Source: a virus (Duplodnaviria; Caudoviricetes). Taken from it: a stretch of 64,000 nt of DNA. Positions within the stretch are counted from its first letter, which is position 1. Each line of letters opens with the position of its first letter. The position numbers and the translations under genes were made by a program. Location: the IMG/VR virus record IMGVR_UViG_3300020576_005257, positions 128,001 to 192,000 of that record; one strand, given 5' to 3'. Under the pieces are notes generated by a model, which worked only from the letters and a program-made list of their open reading frames with translations, ran no database searches and had not been told where the DNA came from. Shown piece by piece: positions 1-10,834 of this stretch.

Positions 1-1333
1 TTACCGTCTTAGGAAGTGGAATTGTTGCTGGAGAATCTATTTTTTGATTACAGGACCATTTCTCCTCACCAAAATATAAGTTAGCAGAACGTATATAAGC
101 GGTTGCAGATGTCGTAGTACAATTTAAATAAATATCCAATCTTCCAGAAACAGCTCTTTGTGGAGCATAGTCTGAGAATCTTACTTCTTGATAAAATGCT
201 GGAAGGAGTACTGATGTAGTATAACTAGATATCTCATACCCACTACTATCATACCAAGCTAATCTAGCATTAGTTTGACAGTCTCCCTTAGACTTACCAC
301 TAATAACCATTTCAGCACGTTGCCCAAAAACAACACCCGAACTTGCTACAATTCCAGACAAGCTGGTATTTAATGCTGTTTGAACATTAAAAATTTGACT
401 AATCATACCAGACGCTCCTGGTAAAATAGCCAAAGAATTAGTGCTGTCCCTATATGCCTGATTAGCGTAGCTCCAACCAGCACCTGAACTAGCGAAGGTC
501 GGAGTAAGTAAACAGTTTTTAATAGTTAAAGGAGTCCAACTAACACTAAGTAAATTAAAAGGTTCGGTGCTAATAGGATCAAGAAAAACTTCACCTGCCA
601 AAGTAGGCCTGTCCATCTTATAAGTTAAAAGAACAGCTGAACCATGGGTGTATTCAGTTGGAAGCCAAGCAATATCTGATGTTGCTGCTTTAACCAATGC
701 TGGAAGATAAGATGTAGCTAACCAGTAAGTATCCCTAGCACCATCGGTAATAGACCTAACATAACCAATTTGTTCTAGTGGTGTAACTGTTTTTTCTATA
801 TAAGCAGAACCACCTAAACTACCATTAGATCTGATAGCACTGAAAGAACCTGTATCTGGTAATCTATAACACCCCTCCTCTGCAACAAATCTTAAAGGAG
901 GAGCATCTTTATAGTACTTACTGGAAAGATCAATCCAACTAGTATCCCCACCAGAAATAGCAACAGCAGTCGTAGCAGTATTCGGCAATACGCTTCTTAT
1001 TGCTCTAATAGATGCTTCTAGAGTCCTAAGTTTCTTTTCTCCTTCATCAATTCTAGCAAGCAGTTTTTGTCTGAGGGTGTTGATATATTCATCACCTTTA
1101 TTTAAAGCAGCATAAATTCCAGCTAAATCAGAAGAAATATTTAATGAAGAAGTATTCCAGTCTGAAGTATTGTTGATTTCAGAAGGATAAACAGATAGTT
1201 GTTGTACTATTGGTTTCGTTAAATCTTCTGGTTTAACGTCAATAGTCTGATCAGTACTTGATGTAAGAACTCTTTCAAAAGCAGTTCTTGCCCAAGAAAA
1301 AGGAGTTAAATATGCTGTAGCGAACTCATTCAT
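1..1333 (-). CDS. Putative tail/baseplate-associated structural protein, truncated by window edge (not in ORF track)
   Basis: ATG at 1333-1331 overlaps the TAA of the upstream gene (TAATG); frame reads MNEFATAYLTPFSW... and appears open to the left edge (...PLPKTV); N-terminal coiled-coil then beta-rich region. Confidence 0.75.
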   Translation of the reverse strand, partial: MNEFATAYLTPFSWARTAFERVLTSSTDQTIDVKPEDLTKPIVQQLSVYPSEINNTSDWNTSSLNISSDLAGIYAALNKGDEYINTLRQKLLARIDEGEKKLRTLEASIRAIRSVLPNTATTAVAISGGDTSWIDLSSKYYKDAPPLRFVAEEGCYRLPDTGSFSAIRSNGSLGGSAYIEKTVTPLEQIGYVRSITDGARDTYWLATSYLPALVKAATSDIAWLPTEYTHGSAVLLTYKMDRPTLAGEVFLDPISTEPFNLLSVSWTPLTIKNCLLTPTFASSGAGWSYANQAYRDSTNSLAILPGASGMISQIFNVQTALNTSLSGIVASSGVVFGQRAEMVISGKSKGDCQTNARLAWYDSSGYEISSYTTSVLLPAFYQEVRFSDYAPQRAVSGRLDIYLNCTTTSATAYIRSANLYFGEEKWSCNQKIDSPATIPLPKTV

Positions 1334-3498
1334 TAAATCACCGCCAAATCGCTGACGTAAGCACCATCAATACCATTAGCTACAACTGCTCCCTTAACAT
1401 AAATTGTCCTAACCCCGTCTCGATAGACTCTGGGTATTAAAGATAGAGGTACGCTAAAGGTAGCAAATTTAAGATCAGCACTAAAAGTTATGTAATCTGG
1501 ATTATTAGGAATATGTATATATCCAATCTTCTGAGGGTCTGGTGTAAAGTTTAAGTCCCACCAATTCTCAACATCTCTTGTAGAAGTAGTGGCTGATTTA
1601 CTAAAACCTAATTCATAATCATTATTTCCAATCGCTCCAAAATAATTACTAAGAGCATTGTTTCTCCATATTTGCATAGTGAAATATAGTCTCTTAGAAT
1701 CATTAGTTAAATCTACAGGAGTAGGAAGTCTCAACACAGCAGAAAAGTCAAGAATCTGACTTCCACTTGGATCCCAATCCATAGACATAAGAACTCTACC
1801 TGGAAGAGGTTGAGCAGGAATACCGTCTCCAAATTCCCAAGGTAACTTGGGATTAGTTCTATAACCATCAACCGTCACATTTGATGGATCATTCCATCTA
1901 AACAGATTAGTATTAGGTTCTACAACCCCTGTTGTAGCTACAGTTTGAGCTAATGAGGAGTAAGTCATATTGGCTGCTGTTCCCGTTTTCAGGAAGAACG
2001 CATTTAAGTTTAAAGTAACTGGACTAAAACTAGACCCACTTCCATAAACAACATCGTCAAGAAAAAGCCATTTATTAGCAGTACTTAATCCTGATGATCT
2101 TTTAGGAATACTAAAGAACCCTTGTTCTCCGTCTCCTAAAGCACTTCCTGTACCATCATTATAGGATAAGACAGTAGACCAACCCCCACCACTTACTGAT
2201 GATTGAAGTGCAATTAATGTACCAGTGGCAGCTAGTTTATATTTAATATCATAACTACTGGAGTGTAAACTAAGGGTAGTTGGACCAGCTAAAATTGTAC
2301 AACCTGGAAGTGTAGCCGATGCTTTAGGAAGAGCCCCACCACCTGAAGTTATATAAGTAGTAGTTAAAATATTGGTATTAGCAGCAAGATTTGCATTATT
2401 AAATCTAACTAGATAACCCGTTCTGTACGAGACTTCCGAAGTCGCTGTCGCTGTGCTACTTTCCGACCCAGCTTGATCCCCAAGCAATAAACCATAACCG
2501 CTGTAATAAGTAGAATCAAACCCAGCAGACCGAATAGCAACACCCACAGCACCAAAAGGTACTCCATAAACAACATCATCAGAAGCAAAACCTACAATTC
2601 TAAATTCTATAAATTGATCCGAGGAAGTATTATTAATACCATTATATAGTTTAACAAAACCCCCGTAACCTCCACCAGAATGAGTAGAAGATAATCCAAT
2701 ATGTCTTTTATTATTAGCTAAATCTAAGCTCAAACCACCCCACGTAGATCGTGTGGCAACTGGCATAGCCGAAATAAAGTGCTTATTAGTCTCCGTTGCT
2801 ATGCCTCCAGGTGTGGACACAATACATATGGATTGATATTGTGTAGCTGATAAGAAATTGAGTTGACCCGTAATAGCTGCTGCTGTGACCGTTCCTATAT
2901 AGGAACTCCACGCTTTACCCACAGAAGTTAATCCTTCTCCAAAATATGTGGTAGTACTTGGGGTTGTTGTGGCATTAAAAGAGTTCACTCTGACATTAAA
3001 GATGTTTCCACTAACTGGAGATAAAATACATTGATAATAATTTTTACCAAGTAAGTCATTCCAAGTTTTTATACTAGTAGGGGAGGTGTTCGCATACTCT
3101 CCTTGTATACTAGAAGGAGTGTTGGGAACTTCATCTGCACGAACTGCTAAACTAAAAGTAGGATCAGTAAACGGACTATTACCAAATAACGTAGGAACCG
3201 TCATTGTAAAAGTTTGCTGATTAGAAGATAACGTAAAACCAGAAATAGCCTGAGCTACGTAAAGCTGAGCCCCAGAAATTAAAGCACCGTTGGGATAATA
3301 TCCTTGAATATTAGCACCAGCATATCCAATTAAGTAATCTTCTAACTTAAATACAGCATCAAAATAATGATTTAAATGATCAGCTGATTCCAAACTATCA
3401 GGTAAATATGTATTATACGGTTGCTTAATAGCAAACGCATCCATTGACCCGTCACTGGGATCAAAATTTGATAGTTGTCCTTGTCTAAATCCTGGCAT
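1333..3498 (-). CDS. Tail fibre / receptor-binding protein with lectin-like beta-sandwich domain
   Basis: 721 aa, S/T/G-rich; N-terminal anchor motif (SADHLNHYFDAVFKLE); central domain paralogous to the C-terminus of 3499..5520; end of tail module. Confidence 0.6.
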   Translation of the reverse strand: MPGFRQGQLSNFDPSDGSMDAFAIKQPYNTYLPDSLESADHLNHYFDAVFKLEDYLIGYAGANIQGYYPNGALISGAQLYVAQAISGFTLSSNQQTFTMTVPTLFGNSPFTDPTFSLAVRADEVPNTPSSIQGEYANTSPTSIKTWNDLLGKNYYQCILSPVSGNIFNVRVNSFNATTTPSTTTYFGEGLTSVGKAWSSYIGTVTAAAITGQLNFLSATQYQSICIVSTPGGIATETNKHFISAMPVATRSTWGGLSLDLANNKRHIGLSSTHSGGGYGGFVKLYNGINNTSSDQFIEFRIVGFASDDVVYGVPFGAVGVAIRSAGFDSTYYSGYGLLLGDQAGSESSTATATSEVSYRTGYLVRFNNANLAANTNILTTTYITSGGGALPKASATLPGCTILAGPTTLSLHSSSYDIKYKLAATGTLIALQSSVSGGGWSTVLSYNDGTGSALGDGEQGFFSIPKRSSGLSTANKWLFLDDVVYGSGSSFSPVTLNLNAFFLKTGTAANMTYSSLAQTVATTGVVEPNTNLFRWNDPSNVTVDGYRTNPKLPWEFGDGIPAQPLPGRVLMSMDWDPSGSQILDFSAVLRLPTPVDLTNDSKRLYFTMQIWRNNALSNYFGAIGNNDYELGFSKSATTSTRDVENWWDLNFTPDPQKIGYIHIPNNPDYITFSADLKFATFSVPLSLIPRVYRDGVRTIYVKGAVVANGIDGAYVSDLAVI

Positions 3499-5520
3499 TT
3501 ATTTCAATTTCCCCATACCAATAATCCTTCCTTGAAAAGTAACTGGTGTTTGTGTGTAGGCAGTTTTGTACGAAAAAGTCAATCCTTCTAATAAAATTCT
3601 ACCAGCCATTACATTGGCTCTTGGTTTAGGTAGAACTGGTTCAACCATAAATAATCCTGACTTACCAGAACTTAAATAAGGAGATGAAGAATCAGTCGCG
3701 GTTAAAACAGTAGACCAAGTAACAGTATTAAAAGAATATTGTTCTAAGGTTAATATTGCTGTGCTCCCGCTAACTACTACAGTAAACCTAAAATTCTTGG
3801 CATCAGTTAAATCAGCTAAACTGGGAATTACAACTGCATAAGAACTTAATGCTTGAATTTGAGTATTCCCACCAGGCCAAGGAAAAGTTTGATAACCATT
3901 CGCAGAACTATAATTTGGAAATGCCACGGGTGTCGCGCTATTCCAATTAGTAAACTTAACCAACCAAGCTGTAGGATTTAATCCATTATCTGGTCCTCTG
4001 GTGAACATTACACCATAACCATTTAAATTAGCACCACTGCCAGAAGCTGCTAAGAAGATTCCTGTTCTAGTAAAATCCCAGGCATCCAAAAGAGGCCGAT
4101 TACTAAGAGCACCTTGATAAAGACCAAAATCTACTGCGTCAAATTTTGAGTTGACCCTATCAGTAAACTTAACACCTTTACCTAAACCAGATGTAACATT
4201 TTCATCAAGTGTTTGGGCTTGTACAAATCTTTTTTTAACCAATTGTCCAGAAGAATTATAGGCATCTTCTGCTTTAACTTTAAATCCCTGTGCCCCAGAA
4301 GGATCGGAACTATTACCGTTGTTATAGGTAACTGTTAATCCAGGAATATTTGGAGACCCCTCCATGTTGTCTGGTCGCACAATTAATTCAGAATATAATC
4401 CATACTCAGATACTGCGCCATCTTGTGGAACATAGATTCCACCATAACCATTAACCATATTTCCAGAAAGCAACGCAAGATTATTTGGAGAAGAGACTCG
4501 AAACGTTAATCTGTGGTTCTGTATATTAGTTGTATTACTAATTGCAAAACCACCAACAGTCAATTTTAATGGTAGCGTACTTCCACTACTATTGGTTGTC
4601 CAACAATGTCCCTCAGCAAATTCATAGTTGATAGATTTACCTGCTGGAATAGCTGGGAAATTGGATCTAACAATATTACTTAATCCATTTACGTTAACTG
4701 TAGAAACGTTGTTAACCCTGATTTCATCAAAAGTCAAATCATCGCTAAAATTAGTAACCGTCCCAGAAACATAAATACTTGTTAAAAGAAGGCTTTCACC
4801 AGCTAAACCACCAAAAACTTGAACAGTATCAGGGTCGTCTACTTGATCTACAACACTGCGTTGTAAGTTATATAAAGCATCTCCCAAAGCATTAATATCA
4901 GCACTTTTAATAATAGATCTATCATCTACCCCATTTACTTTTTCTGGATAGATAGTCTCGATTTGAGAAGATAGGGGATCTTTGGGTACAGGTGCTCTGG
5001 AACCCGTCAGCGTTGTCTGTAGGGCATAATGGACAGTGATTACGACGTTAGAGACAGTGATGCCTCTAGTGGCTCCAGTCTTTCTTATAGAAATTCCAAA
5101 TTGATCTAAACCATATACGAATTGAAACCTAGTCCAAAAAGCTTTGCCCCATTCGTCGGTAGAGCCACCAAATGTAACAGTGGTGGACCCTAATCCATCT
5201 AGACTTTGGGTTTTTTCAACTCCTGTATTAGCGGGATTAATAAAATTGGTTATTTGCCCAATATTAACTAATAAGTAATCCGTAGAGGAAAAAGTTGCCC
5301 CTCCAGAAGGAGCTATGCTCATAGAAACAGTAATACCCTGAATATCCGCATCTAATGGAATACCAGCCGATAATCCACGCAAATAAAGTACCTTATCCCC
5401 AGTAGACCCTACCCCTGCTGCCAAATAAGCATTCCCACCGCTAGTAGGGTTATTAGTAATAGTCCAAGAAGTACCAGGAGTCTTGTCAGCTATTTGAGAA
5501 ATTAAAACAGTACTTGCCAT
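3499..5520 (-). CDS. Tail fibre / appendage protein
   Basis: 673 aa beta-rich; internal anchor motif (KSADINALGDALYNLQ); C-terminal lectin-like domain (GYGVMF...WSTVLTATD...GKSGLF). Confidence 0.6.
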   Translation of the reverse strand: MASTVLISQIADKTPGTSWTITNNPTSGGNAYLAAGVGSTGDKVLYLRGLSAGIPLDADIQGITVSMSIAPSGGATFSSTDYLLVNIGQITNFINPANTGVEKTQSLDGLGSTTVTFGGSTDEWGKAFWTRFQFVYGLDQFGISIRKTGATRGITVSNVVITVHYALQTTLTGSRAPVPKDPLSSQIETIYPEKVNGVDDRSIIKSADINALGDALYNLQRSVVDQVDDPDTVQVFGGLAGESLLLTSIYVSGTVTNFSDDLTFDEIRVNNVSTVNVNGLSNIVRSNFPAIPAGKSINYEFAEGHCWTTNSSGSTLPLKLTVGGFAISNTTNIQNHRLTFRVSSPNNLALLSGNMVNGYGGIYVPQDGAVSEYGLYSELIVRPDNMEGSPNIPGLTVTYNNGNSSDPSGAQGFKVKAEDAYNSSGQLVKKRFVQAQTLDENVTSGLGKGVKFTDRVNSKFDAVDFGLYQGALSNRPLLDAWDFTRTGIFLAASGSGANLNGYGVMFTRGPDNGLNPTAWLVKFTNWNSATPVAFPNYSSANGYQTFPWPGGNTQIQALSSYAVVIPSLADLTDAKNFRFTVVVSGSTAILTLEQYSFNTVTWSTVLTATDSSSPYLSSGKSGLFMVEPVLPKPRANVMAGRILLEGLTFSYKTAYTQTPVTFQGRIIGMGKLK

Positions 5521-5522
5521 GA

Positions 5523-6215
5523 TTATTCAATTGCCATAAGGGAAACTTTTAAAATAGGAGTTTTATTTGAAACAAACTTCCAGAGCTCTACGCCCCTTCC
5601 TTGTTCTGCGGCTGTTGCATTAATTCTGTTATCTATAATTGCACCCCGTATTAGCAGAGTATCAGTGCCAACCACTGCCGAACAAACTGTTGAAAGATGG
5701 GTAGGAAATCCTACAGTGGTATCAAAGTTATAATCAGTGTTTCCAACTATTTGTGCTGAAACTAAAACCTTTGCACTAATGGGTGATACTGTCCCAAAAC
5801 CAGCATTTAGTTCAGTAGAACTCGCTTTTTGAAGCAAGAAATCATATTCTGTCCTATTCGTTTGAGCCTCATAGATATCAGTAGAAAACGTTATTACAAA
5901 TTCAAATGGCAAAACATTACCAGGAATTTTTGCTTGTGTGCTAGTTGAAGCATCGTATGCATCATATTTCACTACATCCTGTAAAGATACAGAAAAAGAA
6001 TATGGCATACTAATTTTCTGTAAAGACCTATCACTTGCAGCAGTAGTTCCATCTGTTAATCTTAAATAACCTTCTACAATAAAGTTGCGAATCTTATTAT
6101 AATGCTCAGCAAAGAATTTCTCATCTTCATTGACCACAGACGTTTCATTATTAGATAAAGAAGGAAAATCTACATCTTTTCTTTGGGGCCAAAAAATAGT
6201 GTCGTTGTATGGCAT
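5523..6215 (-). CDS. Putative tail-fibre adaptor/structural protein (230 aa; start re-assigned to 6215)
   Basis: GAGGAGG SD-like sequence precedes ATG at 6215, which overlaps upstream TAA; anchor motif FAEHYNKIRNFI. Confidence 0.55.
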   Translation of the reverse strand: MPYNDTIFWPQRKDVDFPSLSNNETSVVNEDEKFFAEHYNKIRNFIVEGYLRLTDGTTAASDRSLQKISMPYSFSVSLQDVVKYDAYDASTSTQAKIPGNVLPFEFVITFSTDIYEAQTNRTEYDFLLQKASSTELNAGFGTVSPISAKVLVSAQIVGNTDYNFDTTVGFPTHLSTVCSAVVGTDTLLIRGAIIDNRINATAAEQGRGVELWKFVSNKTPILKVSLMAIE

Positions 6216-7780
6216 TATAAAACCTCCTCGAATACAAGCTCCCACGATATACCAGGTGGAATTCTTTGTCTTACAATTTCTGATATTTCTTGTTCAGTAC
6301 AATTACCACCATTTTCTACTAGATTTGAAGGGTCAACGGTAATTCTCACTACACCACCCTCTTGGATAGCTTGTCCATCCCAGTTTCCAAGATCATAATA
6401 ACCCTTCAAAGTCTCAATAGCGTCAGGCTCACTTCTTAACAAGGTAAAATCAAAATCTTCTGGAATACCTCCTCCTCTAACTCTAATATCAGCTGTTTTG
6501 ATAATGCTAGCATTTAAAGGAGCTTTCAAGATAGCTCTTCCTAGGGGCAACATACAAGGAATACTTCTGGAAAATATATCTCTTTTTGGGACACTGGATT
6601 CATCATAATAATTTCTACCCAATAAAGCAAAACCATAAGTATTGGGTGGACCATCAGATAATCTAGGAATAATCTCTTCTAATTGAACACCCACAGCATG
6701 CCTAATAAAATGAGATTCTCCGTAGGAGAATGCGCTATAAAAATTAATAGTCAATAAAGGCAATCCACTATCATCAGTGGGAGCTGAAACTGTAAAAGTC
6801 GCTACTGCTGAGGGTATGGCATAGATAGTAGTTTGTTCAATTAAACAATCAGAAGTGGGTCTTAATGTATCATAAGTAGCATCACCTGTATAGTGACCAT
6901 ATTCAGGATTAGCATCAAAAGAAAAGAACGCATTCTTGTTTTTATTTCTATAACCTAAATATATATATTCTTCTGAGAAGGTGTAGTACTCTAAAACAAT
7001 ATCATCATCAGGGTCTACTGATCCTTTTACTTCTATCGTATTTAAGTTTTGATTAAGACTCTTTAAATAATCTAAATTATCAGAATTATATTTGACAGTC
7101 CCATTAATAGTTATACTTAACAACTTAGCTATTGCTTTATTGTAGGTAATGGTATTAGGCCCAGTTGCAGTAGCTTTTTCTTTAACTAAATTGTAAGCAG
7201 CAGTATTGCCAGGGAAATCTTGATTAGTAATCGTGTGACGTGGAAAATATGTGGACTCAGGTACTGAATAGATTAAAAGACACTGCTTACCTATACCAGC
7301 CTCCCCAGCTAACTCTGGGATGCTCCTATACCACACATCAGATTCTTCGTATTCTGGGAGAGTGTAGCTTCTAAACACTACGCCTGGGGTTACACCAATT
7401 CCCCAAGATCCCGATTCGGTTTCTTTAATGCCAGTTAGTTTAATTTGAGTGTTATGGGCTGTTAAAACAAAACTAGTATTTTTTAGTTTGATTTGTCGTA
7501 AAGCATCACTCAAAGTCCAGCTTCCTAAACCACTAGTAGTATTTAAAAGAGTAGTGCCATCATATACAACTTGAACTTTAATTTTATCTGAAGCGAAAGC
7601 ATTTGATAAAGTATATTCTCTTAAACCACTAACGTTTTCTTTTGCAAATTTATAGGTATCTAAAAGAGACACACTATAATCAGGTTGCATCGGTGGGGAG
7701 CTAATGAAGGCAATACCAACTGCATCTTTAGTATTAGTTGGAGCGGCACCAAATCTTAAATATGTTTTATTGCTGTTCAT
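6215..7780 (-). CDS. Baseplate/virion structural protein
   Basis: 521 aa; C-terminal DIRVRGGG...YYDLGNWDG...RQRIPPG segment; position among baseplate genes. Confidence 0.55.
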   Translation of the reverse strand: MNSNKTYLRFGAAPTNTKDAVGIAFISSPPMQPDYSVSLLDTYKFAKENVSGLREYTLSNAFASDKIKVQVVYDGTTLLNTTSGLGSWTLSDALRQIKLKNTSFVLTAHNTQIKLTGIKETESGSWGIGVTPGVVFRSYTLPEYEESDVWYRSIPELAGEAGIGKQCLLIYSVPESTYFPRHTITNQDFPGNTAAYNLVKEKATATGPNTITYNKAIAKLLSITINGTVKYNSDNLDYLKSLNQNLNTIEVKGSVDPDDDIVLEYYTFSEEYIYLGYRNKNKNAFFSFDANPEYGHYTGDATYDTLRPTSDCLIEQTTIYAIPSAVATFTVSAPTDDSGLPLLTINFYSAFSYGESHFIRHAVGVQLEEIIPRLSDGPPNTYGFALLGRNYYDESSVPKRDIFSRSIPCMLPLGRAILKAPLNASIIKTADIRVRGGGIPEDFDFTLLRSEPDAIETLKGYYDLGNWDGQAIQEGGVVRITVDPSNLVENGGNCTEQEISEIVRQRIPPGISWELVFEEVL

Positions 7781-9465
7781 ACTTCCTCCAACATAGTAAC
7801 AATAGGAGATTGTCCCCCATCACATGTGGCAAATAGTTCATCTGAGCTGTTTATTACAACACCTAATTCTTCGTTAATTCCAACGATTCTAAAAGGATTT
7901 TCCAAATCATTAAGTATTCTGCTTTGAGCTTGGCTTAATGTAATAGCTTCTACATTAGAAGTATTGGTATATTGAAATGTTGATGCTCCTTTAGAAACAA
8001 TACTAATTCCAGTTGTACTGTTGTGAGGAATGCCATCTAAATAATGTGGCGAGGCATGTAGTTTGGAATAGCCTTTAGTAGTTTTTAAATTAGATTGTGA
8101 TAACCCCACTACTCCTCCTAAGTATTTAGTGCTGTTTAAAGCTCCGCTTACTGGAAGATTCAACACGGTTCCTGTTGCTAATAAGTTGTTAACAGTTAAC
8201 GCTGACAGATTGATATTACCAGATACCCCAGAACCAATAGCTTGGATTAACCAATGAATTTCTCCCCTGTTGTCTGTATTTGTAACAAATGTAGAAGATG
8301 TTGTAGTAGTTGGAGTTGGTAATACAAACACCGCTCCGCTACCAGCTGGCAAGTTATGGGTTAAGGTCACTTGGGTTTGTGGAACAGGTAGACCATCTTT
8401 ATCATAAACAAAGACAGAAGCCTTAATCATATCTCCCCAACTACCAACTACAATCTTTTTATCGACTGTTAATTTTAAATTATTTGGAGTCCCAGAAGAC
8501 GCTACGTTAGAGTGATATAAAAATCCCGTTCTAAAAGCATCTGAATAAATAGGATTAAATTGTAAAGCTGCCCCAGAAACTGGTGAGGTTTGTAGTGCTA
8601 TGCTTGGGTATTCAGGGATGGATCCCTCACTACTAACTCTTAAAGAAGCTCCAGAACTACTGGAAGTATAGGCTAAAATAGTTTGATGATTATATAAACA
8701 GAAACTTCTATCTATAAAGTATTCAAGTACAACCCAATCACCAACATCTGTATCTAAACTATGAGAAATAACATTATCAGCTGAAGTACCAATATATTGC
8801 TGTGACGATCCCCTAATTACCCATAAGTTTTTTAGGTTTTTATAGCTGGCTGTAACAACACCACCGCCCTCTTCAACCACAACCTCTCTCATTTTAAGTT
8901 GTGGTGCGAAAAGACCATAATCAATATATCTTTCTGGTGGGTTTTCTCTAGAATAAACAAACAATCTGTTTATGTTTTCATCTAGGTAATAAGATTTCAC
9001 ATCACCAACTTCCCCACTACTAGCTTGTAGATATAAAGGAATATTGGTAGTATCGCGGACACCAATAATTGATCTACCACTAGTTGGAGTTGTGTAATAG
9101 ACATTGGTTGTTCCAAGTCTAGTCCAACTAGCTGATGTTGCTGGGAGATAACAATTATGATGTTCTAGGTAACGTAAGTTCTGATTAATATCGTCTACAA
9201 TTACTGGTCCCCAGGCTGGTCTAAAAGAGACTTCTGCTGAAATAGAACCAGAAACACTTCCTAAAGTAGCAAAAGTTTCTGTTAAACTTATATACTGGTA
9301 TTTTTCTAACCCATCTTCATCGTAAAAATAACCAGGTTTCATGTAGGCGATCCAACGACCACCCTCACCCACACCAATTATCATCTTCAGATCATCCAGA
9401 TCACCCACACCTGCTACGGGGTAGCCTGTGTTAGATCTCCAATCTGCGTAATATGTATTGCTCAT
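7777..9465 (-). CDS. Virion structural protein with Ig-like (Big_1-type) domain
   Basis: 562 aa; VYDKDGLPVPQTQVTL...TDNRGE is an invasin/Big_1-like signature. Confidence 0.55.
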   Translation of the reverse strand: MSNTYYADWRSNTGYPVAGVGDLDDLKMIIGVGEGGRWIAYMKPGYFYDEDGLEKYQYISLTETFATLGSVSGSISAEVSFRPAWGPVIVDDINQNLRYLEHHNCYLPATSASWTRLGTTNVYYTTPTSGRSIIGVRDTTNIPLYLQASSGEVGDVKSYYLDENINRLFVYSRENPPERYIDYGLFAPQLKMREVVVEEGGGVVTASYKNLKNLWVIRGSSQQYIGTSADNVISHSLDTDVGDWVVLEYFIDRSFCLYNHQTILAYTSSSSGASLRVSSEGSIPEYPSIALQTSPVSGAALQFNPIYSDAFRTGFLYHSNVASSGTPNNLKLTVDKKIVVGSWGDMIKASVFVYDKDGLPVPQTQVTLTHNLPAGSGAVFVLPTPTTTTSSTFVTNTDNRGEIHWLIQAIGSGVSGNINLSALTVNNLLATGTVLNLPVSGALNSTKYLGGVVGLSQSNLKTTKGYSKLHASPHYLDGIPHNSTTGISIVSKGASTFQYTNTSNVEAITLSQAQSRILNDLENPFRIVGINEELGVVINSSDELFATCDGGQSPIVTMLEEV

Positions 9466-9467
9466 GA

Positions 9468-10802
9468 TTAATCAAAAATGACGGTACTGCTAGTTTTAAT
9501 TGTAGTTTTATCCCAAAAGAAGTTCTCAATCTTTTTAGTAGTGTTGTCTATTTTAACAGAAGTACCAATTACCCCATAAAAAATATCAGGCTGAACGTCA
9601 CTTCCAGTTAAAGTTAAACCAGAAGCTGTGGTAGTTACACTGTAACTTTTATAGGTATAAAAAGCTTTAAGACTATTAAGAGAGAAACTATTTAGAAAAT
9701 CGTTGGAAGGAATGATTAAGCTGCCAGACACCTCATACATATAAGGCGGTACCATATCTAAGTTAGATACAAGTCTTACAGGACCATCAGGTGGATGTTT
9801 TAATACAAAATTATCTCCATCTTTAAACAATACTTCGGAAGTTCTTATATATTTAGGCGTACCTAAAAAGTTAGGGGCCGACCATCCTGTAGCAGGAATG
9901 TTTAAAGCTTGATAAGAAGACCAAACAAAAGGAATACTTCTTCCTAAAATGGAACTTATTTGTTGACTAGGATTCTGGGAGAAAGCTAATGATTGACACC
10001 TTTTCCTATAAGACAAATTGTCCTCATTGGTAAATCTAGTAATACCAAGCCACTCTCCCTGTATGTCCAACACATTTTTCAAATCAGTTTGATGTAGTGC
10101 TACTTGATCCAATCCTATTGACAAAGGAGTACCAGTAATCAAAGCAGAAAAATAGTTTTCACAACTATATCTAATCTTGTACTGCCCAGGAAACTTCACA
10201 TTGATAACATTATTCTGTACTAACCTATGTTCTGGACTAATAAGAATAATCTCTCCAAAAGAGTTAGCTACTACAATTGGCGTATCAATAACAGGCGGAT
10301 TGGTACTGAAAAGACTAGTTAAATCCAATCCACCAGAACTATTCGCTGTAATAGTTGATTCGTGTAAATCTATATTACGGCAAATAATACAATTAGAACC
10401 ATCAACTGTAAATACAGGCTCATGGAAAATACTAACTAATTCACCAATGTCTTTTACTTTTTTTACTTCACCACTTATATGAGAAGCACCTAAAGAAGAA
10501 ACAGATAGGTTTAAAAGATCTTCATCCCGTTTCGCAAAATTAGCTATGTAAGCATTCCGTGCCCACCAAACTTCTTGATGGAATTTGGGGTTAGTTTCAA
10601 TGCTTTGAATATCTTTAAACGGAAGACCTAACGAAGCATGATAAAATATAGTTAAATTAGATGGAGACTCTTCGTTTGGATTGCTAACGAACTTAGAGTC
10701 GTAGGCAGGTTTCATCCATCTGGGTAGCCAAACAGAAGGCGTATTTAAGAATCTATACGCCTCCTGGAATTGGCTAGACACATTTTCTGTAAAACCAGAC
10801 AT
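9468..10802 (-). CDS. Baseplate wedge-like protein (paralog of 13041..14468)
   Basis: 444 aa; LPRW near N-terminus; LDxxGxxxGxxRFxNEDxxxYRxR motif related to baseplate wedge/J proteins. Confidence 0.55.
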   Translation of the reverse strand: MSGFTENVSSQFQEAYRFLNTPSVWLPRWMKPAYDSKFVSNPNEESPSNLTIFYHASLGLPFKDIQSIETNPKFHQEVWWARNAYIANFAKRDEDLLNLSVSSLGASHISGEVKKVKDIGELVSIFHEPVFTVDGSNCIICRNIDLHESTITANSSGGLDLTSLFSTNPPVIDTPIVVANSFGEIILISPEHRLVQNNVINVKFPGQYKIRYSCENYFSALITGTPLSIGLDQVALHQTDLKNVLDIQGEWLGITRFTNEDNLSYRKRCQSLAFSQNPSQQISSILGRSIPFVWSSYQALNIPATGWSAPNFLGTPKYIRTSEVLFKDGDNFVLKHPPDGPVRLVSNLDMVPPYMYEVSGSLIIPSNDFLNSFSLNSLKAFYTYKSYSVTTTASGLTLTGSDVQPDIFYGVIGTSVKIDNTTKKIENFFWDKTTIKTSSTVIFD

Positions 10803-10823
10803 GTCAGGGTAACCCTATCATAG

Positions 10824-10831
10824 AAATAGAG
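10824..10831 (-). promoter_or_regulatory. CTCTATTT motif (candidate late promoter)
   Basis: Intergenic, ~21 nt before ATG of 9468..10802; same octamer at 15627, 34542, 49441, 53665. Confidence 0.5.
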
Positions 10832-10834
10832 TCT

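Noticed and set aside
6216-6245. GTG start at 6245 for the 240-aa ORF
   Set aside because: ATG at 6215 has a GAGGAGG SD and TAATG coupling, a better-supported start.
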